DNA of 55,197 bases from Euglena gracilis (taxonomy: Eukaryota): the NCBI GenBank assembly GCA_039621445.1, contig CP154954.1, positions 33,705,455 through 33,760,651 on the forward strand, given 5' to 3'. This document shows, in pieces, positions 38,543 through 51,300 of the stretch. How positions within the stretch are numbered: the first letter of the stretch is position 1; each line of letters begins with the position of its first letter. The notes below the pieces were generated by a model that saw nothing but the letters and a program-made list of their open reading frames with translations, was not told the DNA's origin and ran no database searches. Position numbers and translations under genes: made by a program.

Positions 38543-40139
38543 CCCGTCATGGTCGCATCCCGGGTCAGTGCTGGCCTGCGGATGACATGGAGGGGGGGCA
38601 GCCAAAATTTTTATTAACTGTATGAGACAGAAAAATTAAAGCAGAAAAATCGCAATTAACTATTTAGCGTAAAAAAAAACAACGCCAATTGTCTTTGCTT
38701 TAACCCTTTTTTTTCTTCCAAAAACTAAAAAATCACTCAAATGAATCGAATAATACTAAATTGCTGGATTATGGCTTCTTCCTTGCTTCTGTTGTGTCCA
38801 ACGAACACTTAGGTGACAAAATTTTTGTGGCCCGAACAGAGGGCATTCGTTGGAATGTACAATGTTCTGGGAATGTGCCAGTGAGATGGGATGTGTTTTG
38901 ACCACCTGCTGTGTCAACAAAACGATACCATTGACCGATGACAATAATAAATAACCCTTTTTTACAACCCAGCCCACCCCCACCCTTATCCAAGAATACT
39001 TCTCCAAGAATCCAAGAATATCCAAGAATACCATCCCGTGTTGATGAGGCAGCCGTTTGACAGTTTCCAAACACACATATGCTGAGTGTTACGTACCCCA
39101 TGTGCTTTGGTGGCACCTGCTCTTATGCACCCCTGGCCCCACAACCGGCCGCAAATTCATTCCTGTCAGAGCGCCTTTTAAGCTGCAGGAACCCCACGTT
39201 GGAGGGGGGGGAGGGTTCCAGCCAGTTTCCAGCCGGTAGCTTGTATCCAGCCCCACAGGGGTACGTCAGCGACACGCTGTGTCTGAAAATACTTAGGAAG
39301 GTGAGACAAAACCTGAAACTATGCCCTAAACCTTGACTTTTTGATGAATTGGTGGTCGGTGTGTGCGTTTGCACAAATGAACGGTGTGCGCAAATGCACA
39401 AATCAACCATTTGTGCAAATGTGTAAAGGGGCCACACACGCAAGCTGAAATTGGTGTGTTTGCAAATTGCACAAGTGGTTGGTTTGCGCAAATGAGCACA
39501 TCACCTGTTTGCTTGGTTTGGTTGCAACGGCACATAACAGCCACTTGCGCAACTTAACACGTACCAATTAGAGGGTGCGGCATTACTGCAGTTTGAAAAT
39601 CCTGAAGTGCAAGATATTTTGTAGAACTAATAGACCAGACTTCTGGGTCCAAATTTGGGCTTTGGCAATTGGGCGTATGAAAATCCATTTTTTTGATCTC
39701 TAAAACACCAAAATAACCAGCACTTCCAAATTTTATCTTGAAAAGTGCCCGGACTTCTGAGACAAGGGAAGAGTGGAAAGATGAGGAGAGCACGTGGAGA
39801 TGTTGTGCTCAAAATGGAGGTGTTGCGCAGTATGTTTCAAAAGGACAAAAAGCGTGTCAGGGTTTGCATTATATGGCCCCTTGAATACAAGATTTTCAAA
39901 TCAGCTGACACATCCATTCCCAGTCAATATACCGTGCCTCATTTTCGGACGAAAATACTTGGGGTGAAATATCGTTAATTTTTCAAAATTAAAAATATTT
40001 TGGTTGGTGTGTAAATCAACCATTTCAATGGTCGGGCATTTGCACCAAAGATACCAGCAATGTTCGTGGGGACGTGGTCCAAAGGAGGGAATACCAAAAT
40101 TTCATCACATTCATATTCCAGCTCCAAACAAGCTGGCAT

Positions 40140-40870
40140 AGGAGGTGCTTGGTTGATTTTAAAGTGGACGGTGTTTGCAAATGCACACATCGTCAATGTG
40201 CGCATTTGCAAACACCGACATCATTTTTGCTGTTGTGTGGCTGGTACAGAATCTTAAACATCAGTGGGGTGGTGTGGACAACTTGCCACCGAACTCAACT
40301 GGTGCGGCAATCCTCCCGTGTTCTGTATCCCAGTCATCAACCACCCGTGGCAGAGTTCTCCAACAGTCCATTTCCACCCTCCTTGTTTGTTGCATGTGAA
40401 TTTCCACTCCTTTCGTAACCAGCTTCAGAAACCTCCACAACGTGCCTCAGGGCCTCTGAACGCAAGCAAAAGGGATGGACCTGCCACCCCACCCCCAGAA
40501 CACCACCCGGGGCCGGCACTTGCCACAAGGAGGGAGGCAAGGACCGGGGTTTCGTGTGTTTTTTGGGGTGAATTTCTCACTTCGGGGAGGTCAGTGCCGG
40601 GGACATAATTCGGCGACAATCCCAAAACTCGGCGACATAATTCGGAGGTCAAAAAAAAACACCATTCCCCCAGGTGTCACCGCAGGAAAATTGCGAAAAT
40701 AAACAAATGGAGTGCCTGTGTGTCACAAGCAGTTCAAAAGCCTGGGTCACAACCCTCTAAAACAAACGTTTCAAAGTTCCTGTGTCCAAGCGCGCACATG
40801 CGCACATGCGCACATGCGCACATGCGCACATGACACAAGAAAGCTTAAATGCGAGATACACCACCTGAGT
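40140..40870. mobile_element. CTTAG-terminal family copy with (GCGCACAT)n expansion
   Basis: Similarity to 4250-4897; GCGCACAT tandem at 40792-40831. Confidence 0.65.
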
Positions 40871-41429
40871 GGCTTCTGTCTGACGCACTGTCGCTCTTCA
40901 GCAAGATCTGAGATGCTCTTGGAAAACTGGGCATGCGCATCGTTGTTGGTTTTTTAAAATTTTTTGAGGGGAAAGGTGGCCAATTTGTGTAGAAAGGCTT
41001 GACCTACTCAGGAACAATGGGGGGAGGGTCAAAATTGCAACCTTTTATTCTTATTATCGGAGAATGGGAATTTGGAGGACCGAGCGGTGCCCAGACATCC
41101 CCCCGTGCGGACACCTCAAAAAAACAACACCTCTGGAAACATAGAAATATAAAAAGGGTCCTGGGGGCAGTGGGGAGAAGTGATTTTCATGCATTGAAAT
41201 GGGGGGTTCCAACTGAGGGCATAAAATTGCAGAATGGCCTTCCAGCTGCATCCTGGGGCATGCAGAACCTCCAACCACTGCAGAAAATCCCGGAAACGGA
41301 AGAGGCAAGTGCTTTGTTGCAAACCCAGAACCTGTAAAGAGCTTAGACTCGGCAGCGGCTAAAAAAAAAAAGAAACGTTTGCCATCCAAAGAAATGCACC
41401 GAAGCAGAGACATCTCCCCCCCACCACAC

Positions 41430-41914
41430 CAGAGGTTTTCTTCAAGACCCGGGGGGGGGAGGGGGGTCCATCCGGCCAGCTGGAAAAAGGTGCTGGCTGG
41501 ACCCCTCCAGGGGGGGGGGAACCAGCCAACTGCCGGGCTGGAATCAGATGATACACAAAACCTGGTGGAAAAGGCCAAACCCAGGTGAGTTGGAATTTTT
41601 CTGCCAAAATTTGCAGCAAAAGGCGCCGAAACCTTCAGAAATGACACCTTTGGCCAAATTTGACTCCATTCTTTCAAAAAAATTTTGACGCTTCGCGCCA
41701 AAAAGAGAGGAAATACCCGCCTCTGGCGAGCACGACCCCCCCCAGGGGGGGGGGGGCTCGGCCGCGCCCACCCACCCACCTGGGTCACGTAACTTAAAAA
41801 AGCCTCTGGGGGGTTCAGCGGGCTGGGAGCTGCTGGTTGAAGAAAAAAAAGGAAAAAAGGACCCCCTCCCCCCTGGGGGGTGGTAGGGTCCCCTCCGGCT
41901 TACAAAAACCCCTG
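41430..41914. mobile_element. Composite of degenerate hAT-like MITEs
   Basis: Starts CAGAGGTTTTCTTCAAG; two right ends (..AAGCCTCTG at 41808, ..AAACCCCTG at 41914). Confidence 0.6.
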
Positions 41915-42126
41915 CCCCCCACCGGGAGGAGAACTGCCTGGCATCCGAATCCTTCCAAACGTGCACAGCAAGCTCCGCAGTGAAAGCAGACGCAGCGAGG
42001 GTTCGGCGGCAAAACCAAAGAACACAGAATGGCCGCCGGATGGGGTGCCTCATTCGATGCCACACTGGACTGGCGTCGTGTGACCCGCCGAGGGCCAATG
42101 GCCCTGTGGTGGAACCGCCTCGGGGT

Positions 42127-42252
42127 CAGGGTTTGATATAAGGACAGGTGGGGGGGGTGGTCCGGACCCCCCCCCCTGCGGGCCAGGAGGGGGGGGGGGG
42201 GGGGGGACACCCCCCACCTAAACCATGTACGCCCTCCTTATATCAAACCCTG
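42127..42252. mobile_element. 126-bp deletion-derivative hAT-like MITE
   Basis: Perfect TIR CAGGGTTTGATATAAGGA; perfect TSD CTCGGGGT. Confidence 0.92.
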
Positions 42253-42348
42253 CTCGGGGTGCGCCATGCTTCGCATGGAGGTGTGTGCGTGTGTGTGTTC
42301 TTGTGTGTCCATATGTGGAGGAGGAGCAGGGAGGGGGGGCAATCTTGA

Positions 42349-45300
42349 TCAATGCGACTGCCCCACCGAAGGCGGAAGGCACTCCACAGCAGGCTGGTCC
42401 CCATACCCCGGTGGGCTCTTACGTACCCTGGAACCAGAATGCCAAATTCAACTTGGGATTGGGTTGCGCTGGGATGATTGAGGAGGTCGAATTTTTAATT
42501 GGTCGTCAGAAAATTTTTTTGTCGTTCGCTGCACAGAGAAAAAAATTCTTCGGGTCTCCTGAAACACAACAATTTTTTTTTTCGTTTGCACTTGCGCCAC
42601 AACTGAATTGCGACTGAATTGCCTCATGTTGACAGTTCGCATCTGCTGCAAGGAATACCAAGGAATCCAAAACCACCAGCTCTGTGTTGGAAATTGGGCC
42701 TTTTATTTTACCAATTTCCCGGCCCCTCCCTGCCGGCTGGTGCCCGGCCAGGGGGGTGACCAAGGGACTGGCCTGGGCGGTGAGGGCCGCAGCCAGGGCC
42801 GCCAGGCCGCTCATCGCCGTGAACGGCAGCATGAGCCGCAGCAGCCCCAGGTCGGGGCTCAGCGAGTTGCTCCACGAGAACAGCGGCCCCCACACGGCGG
42901 TGCCTGCGGGGAGGGGAAGGGGGTGTGGTGGCGGGGGCAGGGGGGGGGGGGCCCGCCTCCCAATCAAGGGGCGGGGGGGGGGGCTCCTTCCCGCCTCAAC
43001 GCCAGACAGCCCTGGGCTCTGCGGGGGACGGCCGGTGCCTCAAATGAGGCACTCACAGCTCTGTGGGAAATGGAAAACCTATCAGCGGGTTTCCATTTGG
43101 GGGATGGGCCAGCAGAAAAACAGAAACATGCACCAGCACATGCGGCAGTGAACCTGTGAACAAAACAACGCCACAAATGCGGGGACGCATTTGCAGACCC
43201 AACGCGAAACCACTGCCCCGGGAGAGGCGGTTGCGTCAGGTGGATGGAGGGGGGGACCGGCGGTCCGGCCCACGGCGACCAACACCGCCGCCACGCCGTT
43301 GGCGCGGCCGCGGACGCGGTGGGGCACGGAGTCGTTGATGAGGATGAAGACGAACGTGTACGCGGCCTCCGTGCTGACGCTGAGCAGCATGAACGCCGCC
43401 GCGGCTGAGGGGTGGGGGGGGTGGGGGGGCTTTTGTTGATTTTTTTTTGCGGATCCGACAAAACAAATTTTTTTTTGCGGGGGACAAAACTTTGGGACTT
43501 CCCCCCCCCCAGGCACATTCATTGGAAACACATTCAATTTCTGTGAGGACCATTCCAAAATGTTCACGGTCCTGAGTCCTTTTTCTCCACCTGACCCTCC
43601 CATCAATGCCATCAAAAATTACTTCGGCACTTGAGGCTCCGAACGAAAAAAATGGCCCAAAAATCTGGAAACACGAGAAGGGATGGTGGCAGGGCTGTAC
43701 GGGAAGGGGGCGGCTGGCACGGGAGGAAGGAGGTGGGGGGGGGTCGACTCCCCCCCACCACAGCACCTTGCAAGAAGAAATTCCTTTGGTGCCGAAGGAA
43801 AAAGTTGAGAAAATTGCCCCCCCCCCCAGAAATATGGGAAAGCCTGGTTGGGGTTCGGGGTGGTCGACCCCCCATAGGGTTCCGGGGATTCCTGCACAGC
43901 CCTGCCCCAACCTCAAAGCCGAAGGACTTCCTGGAGGGGGCCCTGCACCCCTCATTCGCCCCCCGGGGGGCCCTGCCCCACGGGGGGGGGGCAAACTGGG
44001 CCAGAACCGAAGTTAGCGCCGGCCATAAACAGACAAGAAGCCTCCGTGCGACTGAGGGAGGGAATGGGACGGCGGCGGGGCGACCAGCGCTGCGGGGAAG
44101 GCAGGGGAAGGGCGGGGCACCGGCGGCGGCCTCCGCCCGCGGGGAGTGGGCCCGGCCGGCGAGGGACCAGAGCGGCGCGGCGAAGGCGTTGAGGGCGAGG
44201 GCGCCCATCGCGAGCCGGAACGCTGCGGTGGGGGGGCGGGAGGTGTGTTGGGGGTGTGGGTGGGGTGTGTAGCCCCTCCCCGGCCCCTTGGTCCCCGCCT
44301 GCCGACTGCGGGCACTCCGAGCCGCCATGGGGGTGGCCCTCTGCCTCGGGGGGGCCAAAAGCTACGCAAGCGAGTCTCTGAAATCAGGGGGGGAGACGTA
44401 CACTGGTGGGGTGTGGACCACCGGGGGGTGGGGTGTGTGTGAGGTGACCGGACCTTGGCGGCAGCACAGCCGTCGCGTGAGCCACGGCACCAACAACAGC
44501 TGTGACCCGATCAACGCAGGGCCTGCAGGGCAGGGGGGGTTGCCATGTGGGGTCACAGCAGGCTTTGATGGAAAGGGCGGGTGGTCGGACCCCCCTTCGG
44601 TCCAGGGGGGGGGGGCCCACCTAAATAAAAACGCGGTCTTGGCAACTGATTTCGGCCCGGCGCAAAGCGATTTGACCACCCAAAACGGCCAAAAATGCCA
44701 TTTTGGGCACTTTTTTTGGGCAAAAATTTGGCAAATGCAAAAAATTCTCGGCAAGAAGCGCCGGAAGGAAAAAATGACCTTTTTGGGGGGTCCCGGGTAT
44801 CCCCCCAGGGTCGGTCCGGACCCCCCCTGCCAGGTGGGGGAGTTGGTCCAGACCCCCCCTTCTCCGGCCTTGGGGGGACACTCCCCCACCGAAACCCCGT
44901 CCTCCTTATCCCTGGTCAACAGGGGGTGAATGGGACGGCAAAGAGGGGGATGTGGGTGCAACGCACAAATAGGACCGACGTCAGGATTGCCGGCCGTTGA
45001 TGAATCGGCATCGTCACCAACATCTAGGACAGAAATATGCGCTCCATTGCCAGGCTTTGCCAGAGGGAACATGGCATCAACCCTCATTGCTGGCAACGTA
45101 CTTGCGCCAACCATTTACTGCCCATCTGGTGTATCATTTGATTTTTTGGAACTTGTTAATATTGTTTCGACCCTTTGCCGACCATCCACGATAAGCACAC
45201 CAGTGAAAGCCATGGCGGAGCCCAGCTGTGCAGCAGAAAACCCAAAGCCACCATGGGGGTGGTCCATGATGACCCACTGCCAGGTCCCGCCTTGTAACAC

Positions 45301-48300
45301 CCAATGCAATTTGGCAGGAGAATGTATGCACAAAACACTGATCACACCAAACAGTTCACAACAATACACGTAACATATGCATGAACCATGTATACATGCG
45401 CACACACAAACACATAGCAAAAACAACAGCAGCAGGAAGCACCAGCAGCAAACAACGACGAGCAGTGTTGTTGCAATGACGAGCATTGTTGCAGCAGCAT
45501 CAGCAACAACTGCTTGTTGCTGCAGCAGTTGTTGCTGCAGCAACATCGTAATTGAGTTATTGTGCTATTGTGAGAGTTATGATTTGTTTTCTCTGTTGTT
45601 GCCACTGCTGCTGTCACACATGTTCTCTTGATGGCATTGGCACAAGGAAATGCCTGCCCACAGGGGGAAGAGCTCTTCATATCCGATGTGGCATACTCCC
45701 AACATACAGTACAGCGCGCTGCTGACTAAAAAGAGCAGAGGAGGTGACGCCAGATGGTACTTCCTCGTCACAAAACAGAAGATAATGTGATGCAAACTGG
45801 GATGATGACATATTCGATATTTACCCAAAATATTCATTTTGCAAAAATGCAAATTTTCATGCAAAAAAAGTTGCAAGTTCTGCAACTTGCATATCGCTTT
45901 GCATAAAAAACCGTGCATTGCATAATATCTATTGTGTGTAACCTTTTTTGGCCAATTATTGTGGCGTCTATGCAAGATCCTGGGACAGGTTGGCACACCC
46001 TGTGGGTGGAGGTGACCCGTGGGGGGGGGACCCAACGCTCCTCCCCCCAGGTGAGTCCTGAATTTTTTTTAAAAAAAAACTAGTAAACCCCCCCCAAATA
46101 TAAAACCCCCCGGTTTTATATTTGGGCGGAAATTTCAAGACCCCGAGGGGGGGTTTTATATTTGGGGGGGGGGTTATGTTCGGTCGGAAAATCAACTTCC
46201 CGGCGGGCTCCGGTAGTCACATTTTTGGTCCAAAATCACAAATACGCCCACCCTTGGGGGTCCAAAAACTTCATTTTTCGGGCGAAGGAGCAATTTTGAC
46301 ATTTTTTGGTAAAAATTGTTCCCAAATCTGCCAAAAAATCACAATTTCTGGAGAGAATTGTCGAAAAATTTTCCTTCCGGCGCTTCGCGCCGGAGGGGGG
46401 GGTTTATATTTGGGCGGGATTTCAAGGTCCTCAGGGGGGGTTTTATATTTGGGGGGGGGTTGTATTTGGGGGGGGGGGGGGTATATTTGGGGGGGGTTTA
46501 TGCGGGAAACTGGCCATTGTCATGAGAAGACAAATAAATGGTGCTAAAAAACTGAAACAGGACACACAGGTGGGTCTGGAGGAGTTGGGGGGGGGGGACT
46601 CTGGGCTGCGTTCAATCAAAACAAAACCTTTCTTGCAAACGGTTTATTCGGCCACGTGGCACTTTTGGAAACAAGAGGAGGGGTGCGCAACACCGGGAGG
46701 GCTGGAGCACACTTAACAATGCGGGGCGCAGTACCGGTTCCTCCACAGCGATCAGAGGGGCGGCCTCTGAAGGGAGGGAAGGGAAATGAAGGGATGCGGG
46801 GGCAGCAGAGAGTCCACCAGGGCCTTTCTAAAAGACCCCTGAGGCGAGGGCAGCTGGAAAAACGTGGTGGCTGCCGGTGGAGTCCAGGGAGTGGTCTAGC
46901 CGGCATCCAGCTGGACCTGGATGGTCGCCCCAAAAAACACGCAAAAACCCGAAAGAAACAGCCCAGATCCCACCGGCAGCCAGACTTTTGGAGGCCCTCC
47001 CAAAAAAACCACTCAAAGATAGGCAACATGGATAATTTTTGGACCCCTTTTTCAAAAAAAATTGGTCCAGCCCAGCTTTGCCGGGCTGGCCCAACTTTGT
47101 TTCAGCGGACCCCCCAGTGGGGGCTGGAAGCTGCTATTTTGGCTGATTGGTCCTAAGTGACCGACCCCCGGGGGGTTGGGAAATTGGTTTTTGAAGCGTG
47201 ACTGAAAGTGTAAGTGACCCCCTGTGGACGCCAGGGGTTTTCTTTAGCCAGAGGGACCCTGCCCACATGGGGGGGGGGTGGAGCCAGCCAGCACCTTTTT
47301 TCCAGCCAGCTCAAAATCAATGGATTTTGGCCAAGAACCCGAAAAACTTTCTGGCACCTTCGGCGCTGGGTGCTTAGACGGATGGGAATGCACTTTTCTT
47401 GTTGAGTCACAAAATTCTGGCAGTTTTAGTGAAAATGTGCATCCGCGCATTCTGGAAGCGGAGTGCGCAGGTGCAGATTCCGAATGGTTTGATGCCTCTT
47501 CCAGACTGTGTGAAAACACCACAAAAATGAGCTGTTTCGATTTAAAACGACAACAAAGACCACCCACTCATATTCTGCTTCAACTGCGTATCATGCTGTT
47601 TACAGCTGTTTCCCGACGACTGCGGTAGAATGCATGGCTGGACACACACTGTGCACACTCCAAACGACATGCGGAACACGGGCGACACAGGCCAATTTGG
47701 GCCTGGGTGTGCCACCTTGTGTTCACCAATGTGTGCTGATGGCTTCCGGGGGCAGGGCCTGGTGAACCCAGGATGAGCATGGGAAAGGACTCCTTGCAGC
47801 CAGAGAGGCACAGCCCTCCCAAGGTCAAAATAATAGGGGTGCCACTGAGTATCAAGGCCGAAGAATGCGCACCTGCGCATTTTTGGAAACCCAAAAGAAA
47901 TTTTTTTCGTGCTGCTTTTTCTGTGCATTCCACTGTGTCGCACCATGGGAAAATGGATGAGAAAGGGAGTTCAGTGCCTGAGAAAATTCCTCAGTGACGG
48001 GCACCCAAATTCCCAACTGCGGTCAGCAGCCTTTCATGGCATGAGTAAGAAGCTGGCGAATGCGCACATGCGCAAAAAAGCGTCCTGTGGATTTCTTCAA
48101 ATTACAGCCACACTTCTAAATTTTTGCACTCCCAGGTGGGCCTGCCACCACCCACGCCAACTCCCCCCGCCTGGCCTGGGTTGGAAACCACACAGCTGAA
48201 GTGTAGACCTCCCTGCGAGGATCGAATGGTGTCCGAGGACGAGGCAGCCCTGGAGCGAAACACAACAGAGGAGGACCACCACCTGGGGCCTTGTTGGCAA

Positions 48301-51300
48301 CGAACGTCATCCACCACACAAACACTTATTTATCATATACTGAGTGTCGACGCTCCAGCACTGAAAACAACACCACCCCTGGCCGCTGTGAAGACCAAGG
48401 AAAGCACATATGCACACACTTTCTGCACACACCCCATCCGCAATGGCTGCAGTCAAACATGGCACATCGGGATGAGTGCGCACGTGAACCCTTCTTGTGT
48501 CTCCCCTTAAAGCACCCTGGTAGGAGGTTGCCACCAGGGGTTTTTTTTAAGACCGGGGGAGGGGGGGGTCCCCCCACCCACCCCTGGGGGGCCCCCCCGG
48601 GGGTCCCGGGGGACCCACAAAAAAAAAGGCCGAAAAATTGCGAAAAATGCTAAAAAAAAAGCACTTTTCAAAAATTTTCGGCGCCTTCGGCGGCAAAAAG
48701 TATATCCCACCCCCCTCTGGGGGGACCCCAGGGGGGGGGGGGGCTCGGCCGGACCCACCCACCCTACGGGGGTCCACAACTGAAAAAAAAACCCTGGTTG
48801 CCACCAGGCTTGTGCTTAAGGACCCCGGGGGGGGTACTGGCTAGCCAATCGGCTAGACACTGGAAAAAATGGACTAGCTAAGACCCCCCCTCCCCAGGGT
48901 TCGATATAAGGACAGGGGGGGGGGGGGGTCCCGCCCCCCCCCCCTGGGGGCAGGGGGGGGGGGGGGTGGGGGGGGAAACCCCCCCCCCACCTAAACAGGT
49001 GCGCGGTCTGGGTTACCGAAAATTTTTGACCCCCAAAACGACCAAAAGTGCCATTTTGGGCACTTTTTGGGCAAAAATGTGCCAAAAATGCAAAAAAATT
49101 TTCGGCGCAAAGCGCCGGAGGAAAAAATTGACCATTTTTGGGGGGGGGGGGTCCCGGGAACCCCCCCCCCGAGGGTCGGTCCGGACCCCCCTGGCAGGTG
49201 GGGGGGGGTCCGGACCCCCCCTGCGAGCCAGGGGGGAGGGGGGGGTGGGGGGGGACACCCCCCCACCTAAACCATGTACGCCCTCCTTATATCAAACCCT
49301 GGCCCTCCCCCCCTGGGGGGTCCGGGGGTCCCCCCAACTGGAAAATTTTTTTTCCTCCGACGCTGCGTGCCGAGGTGGAAATGAGGTTATAGGTTTTGGG
49401 CTGGTTTTCTTCCAAAAATTCCCAAAAATGGCCAAAAACGGGCATTTTTGGCCATTTTGGGGGGTCCCAAAAAAAATTTCTGGCGCTTTGCGCCGGTCAC
49501 TGGAAAAAAAATTTCCACCAGCCAGCCCTGCTAGCAGACCCCCCCCTCCGGGGGGTCTGCTAGAAATCCCACTAGCCAAATTTGGACTAGCTGCAGTCCA
49601 GCCCCCCCCCCCCCCCCGGGGGGGGGCTGCAATCCCTTAAGCACAACCCTGGTTGCCACGCAGGGCCATGCCAAACAACTCGGCACACAAGGTGGAGGCA
49701 CAGCCCAGGAGACAGGGTCTACCGCAAAAGTGGAATTTTAACATTTTGGTTACCTCTGTGGAGGCTCCGCGGAGCCTCAAGGTAACCAGCCTCCACGGAA
49801 ACTAAGGTAACCAGCCTCTGCGGAGGCTCCAAGGGAACCAGCCTCCGCGGAGGCTAAGGTAAACAGATTTGCCAGGGCATGTTGTGAACATGGAAATGAA
49901 TGGGAATTTTTTTTTTGTGTTATAAAGAGAAACATTATTCAATGTCAAACACGGCGACTGCACTCAGTGGCAAATCATCCACTTCCGAACTTGTCAGAAC
50001 CTGTCTGTTTTCTGCCCATTTGCACAGAGGATACAAAAAATTCACGGACTTTGGGTGGCAACAATAGAGCTTAAAACGAAAAAGAAAACGAATTCATTCA
50101 GCCAGAATTACAGCAAAATTATCCAGAGGCCAGAATTGTACCCAAAATTGTGACCCTGATGGGATTTGTCTCAGCTTTTGAGCCCGGATTGCACTGGAGT
50201 GCATCGTCTACAAGGAGAACTAACAGTCACACAGGGGGAGGTGGCAAGCAAACTGCACGTCAGCACAGATGTCATGTTGCAAAAAAAAGGTCACGTGAAA
50301 TCCAAAGTGGCGTCCATTTATCTGTGCCGGGGGGAGGGGGGCAGGGGGGGGGGGGGCACCTGCGGCCCCTCCCCCCCGGACCCCCCCCTGCCCCCACCCC
50401 CCTTCCCTTCTCCCACCTACCCCCCACCCCCCCCCCTCCCCCACTTCCCAATAACAACATCCTATTATGTGGACCAGGGGTTTTCTTAAGGACCCCCCCG
50501 GGGGGGGGGCAGCCTCCGGCTGGCAAAAAGGCTGCTGGCTGGAAATGAGCTGCTGGCTGGACCCCCCCCCCGGGGGGATAGGGGGGGTCCGGGGCTGGAG
50601 CAGGCTGGGCTGGGCTGGGTCGATGAAAACCAAAATTTTCTAACACATTTTTTTGCCGTTTTCGACATTTTGCTTGATGGATCTGGATCAAGGCTGGGGG
50701 GCTGTGATGGAGGAAGCTGTAATGAGGGGAAAAATGCAGGGATAGGTGAGCTGGGCAGCCCAGTTGGCTGGCCATCCTGCGGCCGGCTGGCCCGGCCTCC
50801 GGCCGGCTGGACCCGACTTTATTTCAGTCGACCCTGGGACAGCCCAAATTTAGGCTGCTGGCTGGATTTGAGCTGCTGGCTGGCTGGCCCCCCCCCCCGA
50901 GGGATGGGGTGCCCTCCGGCTTAAGAAAACCCCTGGTGTGGACAAAATTTGGCGGACATGGCGCAAATGGCAAATGGGTAAACAATAAAGACAAAATAAG
51001 GCGGACATGTCGTTTTTGTGGGAAATGGATAAATGGTTTCGAACAAGTTTGGCGGATATGGCTTAAATGGCAAACGGGTGAACGGTCTGTGCTCATCAAC
51101 GGACATGGCGTTTTTGTGGCAAACGGGGGGGTATGGGGACGTGTGTGAGGGAAAAATAATTTTGTTTTTTGTGGGGACGTGGGCGGTGCTGGAGTCTAAA
51201 CAAAATTTAATTTGTAAAAGGATATGTGGCAAAAATAAAAAAAACGTCAGCCAGGTTTGTACAAGCTCTCCTGAGCAACATGCACCTTTTTGTTGTGGAG

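Noticed and set aside
38756-39116. Possible degenerate DDE transposase fragment
   Set aside because: Only a vague resemblance; no convincing catalytic motif.
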